Virus record (IMG/VR): IMGVR_UViG_2541047889_000001 | DNA: 44,368 nt | Origin: a virus | Taxonomy: Duplodnaviria; Heunggongvirae; Uroviricota; Caudoviricetes | Direction: 5' to 3' (one strand) | In this document: piece after piece, positions 9,286 to 23,155 of the stretch | Position numbering within the stretch: the first letter of the stretch is position 1 | Layout of the letters: each line of letters starts with the position of its first letter | Program-made: the position numbers and the translations under genes | Notes under the pieces: generated by a model | What the model was told of the DNA's origin: nothing | The model's input: only the letters and a program-made list of their open reading frames with translations | Database searches by the model: none

Positions 9286-11843
9286 CGTCCACCTCCGGAG
9301 AACAGGCCACCATCACGCATCTGTGTCTGAATTTCATCACGGGCACCCTTGCGGGCCATGTCATACACCGCCTTCAGAGCAGCCGGACCTATCTGCCCGT
9401 TCGTGCCGTCGTTGTTAATCACCACATGGTTATTCTGCTCAAACGTCCCGGACGCCTGCGACCGGCTGTCTGCCATGCTGCCCGGTGTACCGACATAACC
9501 GCCGGTGGCATAGCCGCGCATCAGCCGGTAAAGATTCCCCACGCCAATCCGGCTGGTTGCCTCCTTCGTGAAGACAAACTCACCACGGTGAACAATCCCC
9601 GCTGGCTCATATTTGCCGCCGGTTCCCGTAAATCCTCCGGTTGCAAAATGGAATTTCGCCGCAGCGGCCTGAATGGCTGTACCGCCTGACGCGGATGCGC
9701 CGCCACCAACAGCCCCGCCAATGGCGCTGCCGATACTCCCGACAATCCCCACCATTGCCTGCTTAAGCAGAATTTCTGTCATCATGGACAGCACGGAACG
9801 GGTGAAGCTGCGCCAGTTCTGCTCACTGCCGGTCAGCATCGCCGCCATATTCTGTGCAATACCATCAAAGGTCTGCGTGGCTGCACTTTTTACCTGCGAC
9901 ATACTGTCCGTGGCGCTCTCTTCCCACTCACTCCAGCCGGACTTCAGGCCTGCCATCCAGTTCCCGCGAAGCTGGTCTTCAGCCGCCCAGGTCTTTTTCT
10001 GCTCTGACATGACGTTATTCAGCGCCAGCGGATTATCGCCATACTGTTCCTTCAGGCGCTGTTCCGTGGCTTCCCGTTCTGCCTGCCGGTCAGTCAGCCC
10101 CCGGCTTTTCGCATCAATGGCGGCCCGTTTTGCCCGTTGCTGCTGTGCGAATTTATCCGCCTGCTGCGCCAGCGCGTTCAGGCGCTCCTGATACGTAACC
10201 TTGTCGCCAAGTGCAGCCAGCTGGCGTTTGTACTCCAGCGTCTCATCTTTATGCGCCAGCAGGGATTTCTCCTGTGCAGACAGCTGGCGACGTTGCGCCG
10301 CCTCCTCCAGTACCGCGAACTGACTCTCCGCCTTCCACAAATCCCGGCGCTGCTGGCTGATTTTCTCATTTGCTCCGGCATGCTTCTCCAGCGTCCGGAG
10401 TTCAGCCTGAAGCGTCAGCAGGGCAGCATGAGCACTGTCTTCCTGACGATCGCCCGCAGACACCTTCACGCCGGACTGCTTCGGCTTTTTCAGTGTCGTT
10501 TCATAGTCCTTTTTCGCTGCCGCCATCAGCGTGTTGTAATCTGCCTGCAGGATTTTTCCGTCTTTCAGGGCCTTATTCAGTTCTTCCTGACGGGCGGCAT
10601 ATTTCTCCAGCGGCGTCTGCAGCCGTTCGTAAGCCTTCTGCGCCTCTTCGGTATATTTCAGCCGTGACGCTTCGGTATCGCTCTGCTGCTGCGCATTTTT
10701 GTCCTGTTGACTCTGCTGTTCAGCCTTCTTTCGGGCGGCTTCAAGCGCAAGACGGGCCTTTTCACGATCATCCCAGTAACGCGCCCGCGCTTCATCGTTA
10801 ACAAAATAATCATCCTTGCGCAGATTCCAGATGTCGTCTGCTTTCTTAAACGCAGCCTCTGCCTTAATCAGCATCTCCTGCGCGGTATCAGGACGACCAA
10901 TATCCAGCACCGCATCCCACATGGATTTGAATGCCCGCGCAGTCCTGTCTGCCCAGGTCTCCAGCGTGCCCATGTTCTCTTTCAGGCGGCGGGTCTGGTC
11001 ATCAAACCCTTTCGTTGCGGCCTCGTTCGCTGCCTGCAATGCCCCGGCCTCATCGCCGGAACGCTGCAACTGAGCAACATACGCAATTTGCTCCGCCGTC
11101 ACGTTATGGAACTGGCGCGCCATCGCCGTCAGCCCCGACGTCGGGTCAGTGGTCAGCTTCCCGAAGGCTTCAGCGACCTTGTCCACCTCCACGCCGGATG
11201 CAGAGGAGAAACGCGCCACACTCTGGCTGATGGACGCAATCTGAGCCTCACCGCTTACCCCCGCCTTAACCAGTGCACTGAGTGACTCGCTGGTCTGGTT
11301 AAACGTCAGCCCTGCCGCCTGCCCGGCTCTGGACAGGACCAGCATACGATCTGCCGTCAGACCCGACTGATTACCGGAAAGGACCAGCGTTTTGTTGAAA
11401 TCGGACAGGGTTGAGTTACCCTGATACCAGGCATACGCCAGCGCACCGGTCGCCACCGCCAGCGAGGTGGCCCCGACCATCGGCAGGGTGATCGCACCGG
11501 CAAGCCCCCGGAACATGGGGATCATCCCGCCGAAGGAGTCCTTAACCTGACCACCCTGTTGCAGCAGGATCAGCCACGGACTTTGCCCGCCTGCAAGCTG
11601 CGTGGCCACGTCGGTGAACTGCGCAGGCAGCATACGCATGGCAGCTTTATACTGCCCGACGGAAATCCCCGCTTTCTGTGCAGCCAGCGCCTGCCGGTTC
11701 ATCGACTGTTCAACGACTGCCGCTGTTTTTTTCGCATCAGTTTCCGTACCGGAAAAATGACGCCTGACTCTGGCCATCTGCTCGTCAAATCTGGCCGCAT
11801 CCAGACTTAAATCAACGACCAGATCGCCTACCGGTTCAGCCAT
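9282..11843 (-). CDS. H: Tail tape measure protein H
   Basis: 853 aa, the same length as lambda gpH; coiled-coil Ala/Gln/Glu-rich centre and Gly-rich C-terminal segment. Confidence 0.93.
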   Translation of the reverse strand: MAEPVGDLVVDLSLDAARFDEQMARVRRHFSGTETDAKKTAAVVEQSMNRQALAAQKAGISVGQYKAAMRMLPAQFTDVATQLAGGQSPWLILLQQGGQVKDSFGGMIPMFRGLAGAITLPMVGATSLAVATGALAYAWYQGNSTLSDFNKTLVLSGNQSGLTADRMLVLSRAGQAAGLTFNQTSESLSALVKAGVSGEAQIASISQSVARFSSASGVEVDKVAEAFGKLTTDPTSGLTAMARQFHNVTAEQIAYVAQLQRSGDEAGALQAANEAATKGFDDQTRRLKENMGTLETWADRTARAFKSMWDAVLDIGRPDTAQEMLIKAEAAFKKADDIWNLRKDDYFVNDEARARYWDDREKARLALEAARKKAEQQSQQDKNAQQQSDTEASRLKYTEEAQKAYERLQTPLEKYAARQEELNKALKDGKILQADYNTLMAAAKKDYETTLKKPKQSGVKVSAGDRQEDSAHAALLTLQAELRTLEKHAGANEKISQQRRDLWKAESQFAVLEEAAQRRQLSAQEKSLLAHKDETLEYKRQLAALGDKVTYQERLNALAQQADKFAQQQRAKRAAIDAKSRGLTDRQAEREATEQRLKEQYGDNPLALNNVMSEQKKTWAAEDQLRGNWMAGLKSGWSEWEESATDSMSQVKSAATQTFDGIAQNMAAMLTGSEQNWRSFTRSVLSMMTEILLKQAMVGIVGSIGSAIGGAVGGGASASGGTAIQAAAAKFHFATGGFTGTGGKYEPAGIVHRGEFVFTKEATSRIGVGNLYRLMRGYATGGYVGTPGSMADSRSQASGTFEQNNHVVINNDGTNGQIGPAALKAVYDMARKGARDEIQTQMRDGGLFSGGGR

Positions 11844-12270
11844 ACCGGACTCCTCCTGCGATCCCTTCTGATACTGTCATCAGCATTACGTCATCCTCCG
11901 TCATGCCCGTCACATCCGGGGAAGCGGGGATAACTTCATTCCCGTCCGGGTCAAAGCGGACGCCTCCGGCAAGCCCTGCCGCTTTCTGCATCAGCACATC
12001 ATCTTCAGGCTCTTCGTCAGCCTCACGCCGGTTCAGCAGACTGAAATCCAGCGGATGCATATCCGGATCGCTGAAAAACAGGCTGAGTACGGTGTACGTC
12101 AGCCCGGAAAAGTGCATATCCAGCAGAACATCATGAAAATAGTGGGTACTGTAAAAGCGGTGCCAGTCGGCATACTCCGTGGATGACATCCCGGCAAGCA
12201 TGGCGCGCCAGTCGGGTCGCCCCATCTCACGCGCCAGTTTCAGGGCAAAACTCAGCTCACCGTCGAACAC
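11836..12270 (-). CDS. T: T frame of the tail assembly chaperone; expressed only as a G-T fusion by -1 frameshift
   Basis: The ...FDGELSFALKLAREMGRPDWRAMLAGMSSTEYADWHRFY... frame matches lambda T from memory. It has no independent ATG; the track's first codon is a GTG just downstream of the slippery heptamer. Confidence 0.85.
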   Translation of the reverse strand: MFDGELSFALKLAREMGRPDWRAMLAGMSSTEYADWHRFYSTHYFHDVLLDMHFSGLTYTVLSLFFSDPDMHPLDFSLLNRREADEEPEDDVLMQKAAGLAGGVRFDPDGNEVIPASPDVTGMTEDDVMLMTVSEGIAGGVRYG

Positions 12271-12674
12271 TTTCCCGCAGAAACAGGCTCTGCAGGCCCG
12301 GCGTCCTCTGCCTGTTCAGGGGCATTATTCACCACAAACTCAGACATACCGGACAGCCGGTACACCACGTTTTCAGCATGAGAAATTGCCTCTGTGGGCC
12401 AGGTGGTAAGCACTTCCTGCTCAATCTGTTTAACGGCCTCATTCATGGACGGCATCTGCGTCTTCTTCGGATGGTTATGCCACAGGGACATCGCCACCAC
12501 AAAAGCACCGGTTCTGATGACGTCTTCCACAGTAACCTGCCGGTTGCTGTCTGACTCCGCCTGTTCTGCCTGCCGTTTCATCAGGGCAAGATGCTCAATA
12601 CGCTGCAGGGCTGACAGTTCAGAAAGCGTGACGGTCACGCCGTTATGTTCAAATGATTCGGTTTTCAGGAACAT
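12252..12674 (-). CDS. G: Tail assembly chaperone G
   Basis: 140 aa, MFLKTESFEHNGVTVTLSELSALQRIEHLALMKRQAEQ...SAGKCSTVS; matches lambda gpG from memory. Confidence 0.93.
   Translation of the reverse strand: MFLKTESFEHNGVTVTLSELSALQRIEHLALMKRQAEQAESDSNRQVTVEDVIRTGAFVVAMSLWHNHPKKTQMPSMNEAVKQIEQEVLTTWPTEAISHAENVVYRLSGMSEFVVNNAPEQAEDAGPAEPVSAGKCSTVS
12270..12276 (-). other. Programmed -1 ribosomal frameshift slippery heptamer G_GGA_AAG (G to G-T)
   Basis: Minus-strand GGGAAAG (plus strand ctttccc at 12270..12276) sits in the G frame as G GGA AAG, six codons before the G stop; shifting -1 continues into the T frame (…GK VFDGELSFAL…). Confidence 0.85.
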
Positions 12675-12689
12675 CGCTGACTCTCCGGA

Positions 12690-13430
12690 TTAACTGGCGG
12701 TGACGGTGATTTCTGCAACCGCAGCAAACTCACCATTACCGGATACAACCGGAATGTTGACCCTGCCTGCAGCAACGCCGTTCACGGTGATGGTCATACC
12801 ACTGACCGACACGGTGGCTTTTGTTTTATCCGCAGACACCGCACGGAAGCTCTTGTCGGTTGCGCCTTCCGGCTGGAATGCCACGGTCAGCGTCGTGCTC
12901 TGCCCTTTCACCACCGAGGTGCTGGCAGGCGTCACGGTCATGCCGGTTGCCGCTGTGACCGTGCTGCGATCTTCTGCCATCGACGGGCGTCCCACATTGG
13001 TGACCTTCACCGTGCGGGTGATCACTTCCTTCGCCGTCACCGCTTTACCGATACTGCTGACCCAGCCACGGAACACATCGACCGTGCCGTTCGGGAAGCG
13101 GATTTTATAGGCACGGGTATCACCTTCATTAAACCACGCCAGCAGCGCCTGCTGCCCCTGTTCTCCGGGCATCCACGCCAGCGTGAAGCTGGTATCTCCG
13201 GCTGATTTCTGCCCCTGCCCGGTCGCAGTCCAGTCCGCATCTTCATCATCGAGATAGCTGTCGTCATAGGACTCAGCGGTCAGTTCGCCGGGCGTCAGGT
13301 CTTTAACTTTTGCCAGACGCGACCAGTCCACGTCTGAAAGCGGGTTCGCATAAGGGTCACCGTTCCCCTTATAAACCCACAGTGTGGTCCCGGCACCTTT
13401 CACCGGCATTGTAGGATTTGGTACAGGCAT
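12690..13430 (-). CDS. V: Major tail tube protein V
   Basis: Start at ATG 13430 ([22 protein letters not shown]...) with a GAGGA Shine-Dalgarno; matches lambda gpV from memory including the C-terminal Ig-like domain. Confidence 0.93.
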   Translation of the reverse strand: MPVPNPTMPVKGAGTTLWVYKGNGDPYANPLSDVDWSRLAKVKDLTPGELTAESYDDSYLDDEDADWTATGQGQKSAGDTSFTLAWMPGEQGQQALLAWFNEGDTRAYKIRFPNGTVDVFRGWVSSIGKAVTAKEVITRTVKVTNVGRPSMAEDRSTVTAATGMTVTPASTSVVKGQSTTLTVAFQPEGATDKSFRAVSADKTKATVSVSGMTITVNGVAAGRVNIPVVSGNGEFAAVAEITVTAS

Positions 13431-13437
13431 ATCGTCC

Positions 13438-13833
13438 TCACATTTCATAGGTAATGACATAAGTCAGATCGGCTGAACTCCACAGGCCCGCATCATCGTC
13501 GCGTCGGTAGTCATAGCCACTGGCCACCATACTGGTGATCAAATCTGACAGTGCCGGGATATCGCTCATCACCGGATAAATCCGGGACTCCATCCACGAA
13601 TCCAGCGCTGAATCCGGCACCTGAGCAGGCAGGAAAACTTCAATATGCAGCTCCGCCTGCCAGGTATCGCTGTCCAGCTCTTCGCCCGTGTATTCAGCGC
13701 CGGTGAGATAAACGGCAATTGCCGGAAAATCCGCCTCATCAAAAACAGCGGGGCGACCATCAAAAAGCGTCGCCCCGGTGTCATATTTTTCCAGTGCATC
13801 CAGTACGGCTGCACGGAGTTCAGTATGTTTCAT
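13438..13833 (-). CDS. U: Tail terminator protein U
   Basis: 131 aa, [52 protein letters not shown]...; matches lambda gpU from memory. Confidence 0.93.
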   Translation of the reverse strand: MKHTELRAAVLDALEKYDTGATLFDGRPAVFDEADFPAIAVYLTGAEYTGEELDSDTWQAELHIEVFLPAQVPDSALDSWMESRIYPVMSDIPALSDLITSMVASGYDYRRDDDAGLWSSADLTYVITYEM

Positions 13834-14408
13834 CGCTTTATTACCATCCTCAGTTGATGCTGCAGCGCATAGCCCAGCTCTTTCGGAAGACGCTCACGCC
13901 GTATCCGCTCAATATTCTGTTTAAACGCCGTGGTCAGCGGCACCGCCATCGGAATTTTCACCACATCAATGGGGTAACGGTTTTTCCCGGCCACACGCTG
14001 CATGACATGCCAGCGGCCATTTTTCAGTTGCTGAATAAACGCGCCGGGAATACGACGGTTTCCCACCACAAGCACGCTGCCGCCACCTTTCAGGGATGAA
14101 CGCTGCCCCTTTTTACGACGCCTGCGTCGGGACAGGACAACCCGCGCGTTACCCAGCCTGATTACGGGCAAATCCCCCCGGTTAACTTTGATTCTGGCCT
14201 GCGGATTTTTGACTGTGGCCCTTTTCAGCCTGGCCCTTTCCTTTACCAGTTTCCGGCGTACCTTTGTCTCACGGGCAACCTGTGCCACCGACTGCGATAT
14301 CGCGGATGAAGCAACGCGGTTAATGGCCATTGCGGCGGCACCGGGCACCGCCGTTCTGCTGATACGGCTGAGGTTTTCAACGGCCTGCTCAAGACCTTTT
14401 ATGGCCAT
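13830..14408 (-). CDS. Z: Tail completion protein Z
   Basis: 192 aa, MAIKGLEQAVENLSRISRTAVPGAAAMAINRVASSAISQS...; matches lambda gpZ from memory. Confidence 0.92.
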   Translation of the reverse strand: MAIKGLEQAVENLSRISRTAVPGAAAMAINRVASSAISQSVAQVARETKVRRKLVKERARLKRATVKNPQARIKVNRGDLPVIRLGNARVVLSRRRRRKKGQRSSLKGGGSVLVVGNRRIPGAFIQQLKNGRWHVMQRVAGKNRYPIDVVKIPMAVPLTTAFKQNIERIRRERLPKELGYALQHQLRMVIKR

Positions 14409-14419
14409 ACATCCCCCTT

Positions 14420-14773
14420 TCAGCGGCGACGGTTAACGGCAGGCGGTACGCCCCGCCCAAGCCAGAGATGACAGCTTCCGCCATCATCCGGCGAAATCCG
14501 GTCTATCCAGAAGTTTTCCTCACCGATGGTCAGCGTGTCGCCGCGCCGCAGCTGCCGCACATCATCAGTCCGGACAAACAGGGACGGGCTGGAGCCTTCA
14601 ACGCGCACGCCCTGTCCGGCATAGCTGATATTTTCAGGGTCATCAAAAACACCACGTATCACAGCACCGGACTGCTCACCGGATGTCATGGTGGCTGACG
14701 TTCCCATGTACCCGCGTATCGTTTCATCGGCGCAGGCAATGGCAGCATCGAACAGGTTATCGAAATCAGCCAC
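14420..14773 (-). CDS. FII: Head-tail connector protein FII
   Basis: 117 aa, MADFDNLFDAAIACADETIRGYMGTSATMTSGEQSGAVIRGVF...; matches lambda gpFII from memory. Confidence 0.92.
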   Translation of the reverse strand: MADFDNLFDAAIACADETIRGYMGTSATMTSGEQSGAVIRGVFDDPENISYAGQGVRVEGSSPSLFVRTDDVRQLRRGDTLTIGEENFWIDRISPDDGGSCHLWLGRGVPPAVNRRR

Positions 14774-14784
14774 AGCGCCTCCCG

Positions 14785-15180
14785 TTATTGTATTCTGGCC
14801 AGGCCGCGCTCTGTCATTTCAGCTGCCACACCGGCAGAGACACGGAACGCCGTTCCCGGCAGCACAAATGCCACAGCCTCATCCCGCGTGGCGTGAAGTG
14901 CATCAGTATGCAGCGTCACCAGTGCCACAACCGTGACCAGATCAGCCGTATCAGTCACGGTATCCGGCTGCGCTGATACAACCTCATTTTCATGTCCGGT
15001 CAGCACATTTTCCGGGCTGAGAGGGATATCCTGACCGGCAGTGTCGCCCGTGTCATCAAGCTCTTCTTCCAGTTCTGCCACACGGAGCGCCAGTTCTTCT
15101 TTCGTCCCCGTCAGGCTGATATCACGGTTCAGTTGTTCACCCAGCGAGCGGAGACGGGCAATCAGTTCATCTTTCGTCAT
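14785..15180 (-). CDS. FI: DNA packaging protein FI
   Basis: Start at ATG 15180 (MTKDELIARLRSLGEQLNRD...) preceded by GGAGGA; matches lambda gpFI from memory. The track ORF extends 13 codons further upstream. Confidence 0.9.
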   Translation of the reverse strand: MTKDELIARLRSLGEQLNRDISLTGTKEELALRVAELEEELDDTGDTAGQDIPLSPENVLTGHENEVVSAQPDTVTDTADLVTVVALVTLHTDALHATRDEAVAFVLPGTAFRVSAGVAAEMTERGLARIQ

Positions 15181-15221
15181 GGACTCCTCCACAGAGAAAC
15201 AATGGCCCCGAAGGGCCATGA

Positions 15222-16247
15222 TTACGCCAGTTGTACAGACACGAACTCATCAGGGTCAGCCAGCAGCATCAGCGGTGCTGACTGAATCATGGTGAACTCA
15301 CGCGCCGGGTCGCCGGTGGTCACCCAGTTTTTCGGGTAACGGGCAGAGGCGTTAATGCCTTCGCGCTGTGCGTCCGCATCCTGAATGCAACCATAGGTGC
15401 GCAGACCGCGTGCCTGAGTGTTCCCCAGCACCATCGTGTTGTCCGGCAGGAAGTTCTTTTTGACGCCGTTTTCCACGTACTGTCCGGAATACACGACGAT
15501 GGCCACATCGCCATACATTCCCTTATAAGACACCGCTTTGCCCAGGTCTTTTACCGCTGTCTCCAGCTCGGAATGAGAGCCGCGACGGGTATCCAGCTTC
15601 TCCTTGACGGCTTTGAAGGAACGGAACAGCGCCCAGCCTTTCGGATCAAACACGATGATATTCACCACACCGCTGGCGTTCAGCGCGTAGGCTTCGATAT
15701 CGTCGGTCGGGTCATACGTGGACTTGTCACGCTTGCTCCACTCCGTGCCGCCGGACTGCGTGATGTTATTCGCCTCACTGCGGCCCATATCCACCTCAAC
15801 CGGATCGAAGGCTTCACCGGTCATGGTATATTTGCCCTTAAGCACGGCAGAAACTGCCTGCATCTCTTCGACCTGGGCAATCGCCAGATTTTCATCCAGC
15901 ATATTCTGCCGAATAATACGGCGACGACGGTAAGCCGGGTCAGCCAGGTTCTGCGGATCTTCATCCGGCAGGCGACGCAGGGTCATCTGCGGATTCACCT
16001 CATGCTTGGGTTTGACATAACCCGGCGTAAATTCAGAGGTGGAGCCGCCACGGGATCGGATAACCTCACCGGAAACAATCGGCGAAACGTACAGCGCCAT
16101 GTTTACCAGTCCCGGAATTTGTGAGAGATAGACTTTTTCCGTGGTGAAAGGATAGGTTTCACGGAAAAACAGGCGCAGAAACAGCGGATCGAACTTAAAG
16201 TGATGCTGGGTCGATGCCAGTAATTCTGCAGTTGTATATACAGACAT
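15222..16247 (-). CDS. E: Major capsid protein E
   Basis: 341 aa, MSVYTTAELLASTQHHFKFDPLFLRLFFRETYPFTTEKVYLSQIPGLV...; matches lambda gpE from memory. Confidence 0.95.
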   Translation of the reverse strand: MSVYTTAELLASTQHHFKFDPLFLRLFFRETYPFTTEKVYLSQIPGLVNMALYVSPIVSGEVIRSRGGSTSEFTPGYVKPKHEVNPQMTLRRLPDEDPQNLADPAYRRRRIIRQNMLDENLAIAQVEEMQAVSAVLKGKYTMTGEAFDPVEVDMGRSEANNITQSGGTEWSKRDKSTYDPTDDIEAYALNASGVVNIIVFDPKGWALFRSFKAVKEKLDTRRGSHSELETAVKDLGKAVSYKGMYGDVAIVVYSGQYVENGVKKNFLPDNTMVLGNTQARGLRTYGCIQDADAQREGINASARYPKNWVTTGDPAREFTMIQSAPLMLLADPDEFVSVQLA

Positions 16248-16258
16248 AAATTATTTCC

Positions 16259-16283
16259 ATAAAAAAAGCCGCACAGGCGGCCT
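16259..16283 (-). other. Intergenic hairpin with T-tract between D and E
   Basis: Minus strand reads GGCCGCCTGTGCGGC followed by TTTTTTT, directly upstream of the E start. Could be an mRNA processing, stability or partial termination element. Confidence 0.35.
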
Positions 16284-16302
16284 TTGTTGATGAAGGGGAA
16301 GA

Positions 16303-16635
16303 TTAAACGATGCTGATTGCCGTTCCGGCAAACGCGGTCCGTTTTTTCGTCTCGTCGCTGGCAGCCTCCGGCCAGAGCACATCCTCATAACGGAACGAGC
16401 CGGACTTGTAGAACGTCAGTGTGGTGCTGGTCTGGTCAGCAGCAACCGCAAGAATGCCAACGGCTGCACCGTCGGTGGTGCCATCCCACACAACCAGCTT
16501 ACGGGTAGTGCCATCCAGCATCAGTGGGGTCATTGCAGGCGTTTTCGCACTCAATCCGCCAGGCGCAATTGCTGTATGAGCCGGATCACTGTTACCCAGC
16601 GGCTGGTAATGGTTAAACTCTTCTTTTGTCGCCAT
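16303..16635 (-). CDS. D: Head decoration protein D
   Basis: 110 aa, [63 protein letters not shown]...; matches lambda gpD from memory. Confidence 0.95.
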   Translation of the reverse strand: MATKEEFNHYQPLGNSDPAHTAIAPGGLSAKTPAMTPLMLDGTTRKLVVWDGTTDGAAVGILAVAADQTSTTLTFYKSGSFRYEDVLWPEAASDETKKRTAFAGTAISIV

Positions 16636-16644
16636 AACTGCCTC

Positions 16645-17052
16645 TTATACCGGTAAAGCTTCAGGTGTATTAAGTAATTCTTTATTGGTATCAGATGCCA
16701 GGTTACCTGCAGCCAGCGGTGCCGGTGCACCCTGCATCAGACGATCCAGCGCAGTGTCACTGCGCGCCTGTGCACTCTGTGGTGCTGCGGCCAGAATGCG
16801 GCGGGCCGTTTCCACGGTCATTCCGGGGGTTTCTGCCAGAACGCGCGCCTGTTCTTCGCGTCCGTGAGCCTCCTCACAGTTGAGGATCCCCATAATGCGG
16901 CTGTTTTCTGCCGCAACCGCTGCGGTGATCTGTGCGTTCACATCCGGCTGCGCCGCGCTGGCGTTTTCGCCCTCCTTCGCAGGCTCCACGGTGGTGATGT
17001 CAGCCTGCGAAGCAGTGGCTGAAACAGTTGTTGATTGAGTCTCTTTGGTCAT
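16645..17052 (-). CDS. Nu3: Scaffolding protein Nu3, nested in-frame in the 3' part of C
   Basis: Internal ATG at 17052 (MTKETQSTTVSATASQ...) preceded by a strong AGGAGG, sharing frame and stop with C; matches lambda Nu3 from memory. Confidence 0.75.
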   Translation of the reverse strand: MTKETQSTTVSATASQADITTVEPAKEGENASAAQPDVNAQITAAVAAENSRIMGILNCEEAHGREEQARVLAETPGMTVETARRILAAAPQSAQARSDTALDRLMQGAPAPLAAGNLASDTNKELLNTPEALPV

Positions 17053-17956
17053 TCGCCCTCCTGAGAGACGGGATTTACGTGCATCCAGTGCATCACGCAT
17101 GACGGTGATCGCATCGCTGCTGTTAACAAGTTCATCAGCCAGTCCGGCATCAATGGCCTCCTGACCGCTGTACACTGCAGCCTCGGTATCCAGCACAGCC
17201 TGCACAGACAGGCCGGTATATGCCGACACCTTCTGCGCAAACATCTGGCGGGTTGCGTCCATCCGGGACTGCAGTGTCTCCCGGACGTCATCCGGAAGAT
17301 GGCTGTAGGGATTGCCATCCACCTTATGGCTGCCGCTGTAAATCAGCGTGATTTCCACACCCTGTTTCTCCAGGACAGCACCGTAATTACTGTGAGCCAT
17401 CATGACGCCGATGGAGCCTGTCCGGGCGGTCTGCGTGACCAGACGCCGGGAGGCGGCACTGGCAAGCAGCTGACCTGCACTGCAGTTCATGTCGTTGGCC
17501 AGCGCCCATACCGGTTTTATGTCACGCACACGGGCGATGATGTCAGCGCAGTCAAATGCCCCCGCCACCATTCCGCCTGGCGTGTCCATATCGAGCAGAA
17601 TGCCGTCCACCATCGGGTCGCTGGCAGCCTGTTGCAGACGGGCGATAATGCCGTTGTAACCGGTCATCCCCGAGTACGGCTGCAGCGCCCGCGTCCGGCT
17701 GACCAGCGTGCCGGACACCGGCAGCACGGCGATGCCGTTCATGACCTGATAACTCCGGGCCTGTCGTGGTCCGTCATCATCACCGGATAATGCCAGCGTC
17801 GCGAGTGCCTCCTGGGCAGTCAGGCTGTCGCCGGACACCGCATCCGTCAGGCGGCTGATCCCAAGCTGGCCTGCAAGCGCACAAAAGAAAACCCGCGCAT
17901 AGGCGGGTTCAAGCATCAGCGGCTCATTAAAGGCCATGCTGGCAATATGCGGGAGA

Positions 17957-17976
<20 letters not shown>
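16645..17976 (-). CDS. C: Head maturation protease / scaffold C
   Basis: Start assigned to GTG 17976 (V-TAELRNLPHIASMAFNEPLMLEPAYARV...), preceded by GGAGGAG and overlapping the end of B. Matches lambda gpC from memory. The track ORF runs 49 codons further upstream in the same frame. Confidence 0.88.
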
Positions 17977-21657
<3,681 letters not shown>

Positions 21658-21683
<26 letters not shown>

Positions 21684-22203
21684 TCAGCAACCCCGGTATC
21701 AGTTCATCCAGCGCGGCTGCTTTGTTCATGGCTTTGATGATATCCCGTTTCAGGAAATCAACATGTCGGTTTTCCAGTTCCGGAAAACGCCGCTGCACCG
21801 ACAGGGGGAGCCCGTCGAGAATACTGGCAATTTCACCTGCGATCCGCGACAACACGAAAGTACAGAATGCGGTTTCCACCACTTCAGCGGAGTCTCTGGC
21901 ATTCTTCAGTTCCTGTGCGTCGGCCTGCGCACGCGTAAGTCGATGGCGTTCGTACTCAATAGTCCCTGGCTGGAGATCTGCCTCGCTGGCCTGCCGCAGT
22001 TCTTCAACCTCCCGGCGCAGCTTTTCGTTCTCAATTTCAGCATCCCTTTCGGCATACCATTTTATGACGGCGGCAGAGTCATAAAGCACCTCATTACCCT
22101 TCCCACCACCTCGCAGAACGGGCATTCCCTGCTCCTGCCAGTTCTGAATGGTACGGATACTCGCACCGAAAATGTCAGCCAGCTGCTTTTTGTTGACTTC
22201 CAT
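21658..22203 (-). CDS. Nu1: Terminase small subunit Nu1
   Basis: 181 aa, MEVNKKQLADIFGASIRTIQNWQEQGMPVLRGGGKGNEVLYDSAAVIKWYAERD...; matches lambda Nu1 from memory. Confidence 0.95.
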
Positions 22204-22204
22204 T

Positions 22205-22420
22205 GTTCATTCCACGGACAAAAACAGAGAAAGGAAACGACAGAGGCTAAAAAGCCCGTTTTCAGCACCTGTCGTTTCCTTTCTTTTCAGGGGGTGTTTT
22301 AAATAAAAACATTAGGTTACGGCGAAGAAGAACGGAAACGCCTTAAACCGGAAAATTTTCATAAATAGCGAAAACCCGCGAGGTCGCCGCCCCGTAACCT
22401 GTTGGATCGACGGAAAGGAC
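22205..22420. other. cos region; cosN 12-nt cohesive-end sequence at 22381..22392
   Basis: Plus strand aggtcgccgccc at 22381..22392 is the reverse complement of the lambda cohesive end GGGCGGCGACCT. It lies about 180 bp upstream of the Nu1 start, where lambda has cosN and cosB. Confidence 0.85.
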
Positions 22421-22540
22421 CCGAAAACGAGAATAATTATCACTTACAGCAAGAATCGAATCTGATCTATTATGGTGCTTGCTATTATGTGCCGGCACAA
22501 GTGCGTCGTTTACCGTCATTTCACACAGAGGCATCATCAA

Positions 22541-22792
22541 ATGAAAATCAGAAATATTCTCGCTATCTCCCTTGCGACATCATCCTTCAGTTGCCTGGCA
22601 TTTAAATCCTCGCCCAATGTGCTACCAGGACCAACGAATCAACTAACTGCGGTAGAAAGTAAAATTATCGGACATTTTTATGCCCCACACAGTACATTAC
22701 CCGGAACAACCATCACAGGGACATGTGACGCCTCCCCCGTCCCGGGATGCACCTGTCCGTTTTGTACTATGCTGCGTAGCCAAAACCGATAA
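22541..22792 (+). CDS. Hypothetical small secreted protein
   Basis: ATG at 22541 with GAGG upstream; N-terminal signal-like MKIRNILAISLATSSFSCLA; Cys-rich C-terminus. No family recognised. Confidence 0.3.
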   Translation: MKIRNILAISLATSSFSCLAFKSSPNVLPGPTNQLTAVESKIIGHFYAPHSTLPGTTITGTCDASPVPGCTCPFCTMLRSQNR

Positions 22793-22853
22793 CATCCGCA
22801 TTTACCTGGTATTCCATGATGAGTTCACGCAGCGACTGATAGAGGAAGGAAAG

Positions 22854-23033
22854 ATGGTTAGTAAAAGCAAGGCGCATTGCCGCCGCATGCTGCAGGCATT
22901 GCAACAGACGAGAGCAGGTATTTTTGACCAGTTGGAAAACTGCCAGCATACTTTGCCCGAGTATATCGCCATCTCATCGGAAACCAGTGCAACTCTTATT
23001 CATCGGGTTCCACCAGAGAAAAAGAAGAAATGA
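22854..23033 (+). CDS. Hypothetical small protein (59 aa)
   Basis: ATG at 22854 preceded by a strong GAGGAAGGAAAG Shine-Dalgarno; basic C-terminal KKKK. No family recognised. Confidence 0.3.
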   Translation: MVSKSKAHCRRMLQALQQTRAGIFDQLENCQHTLPEYIAISSETSATLIHRVPPEKKKK

Positions 23034-23155
23034 ACAGTGAGGCGTTGTGTGGCATACAACGCCTTCTTCCATCATTCCTCGTCAGCCATGACAAAAATAT
23101 AACCGCTGGCTCTTTCATTTTTCTCCTGCTTCCAGCCCCTCTCTACCTGGAAGCA

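Noticed and set aside
9673-10667. Two plus-strand ORFs of about 170 aa
   Set aside because: Antisense to the tape measure gene H.
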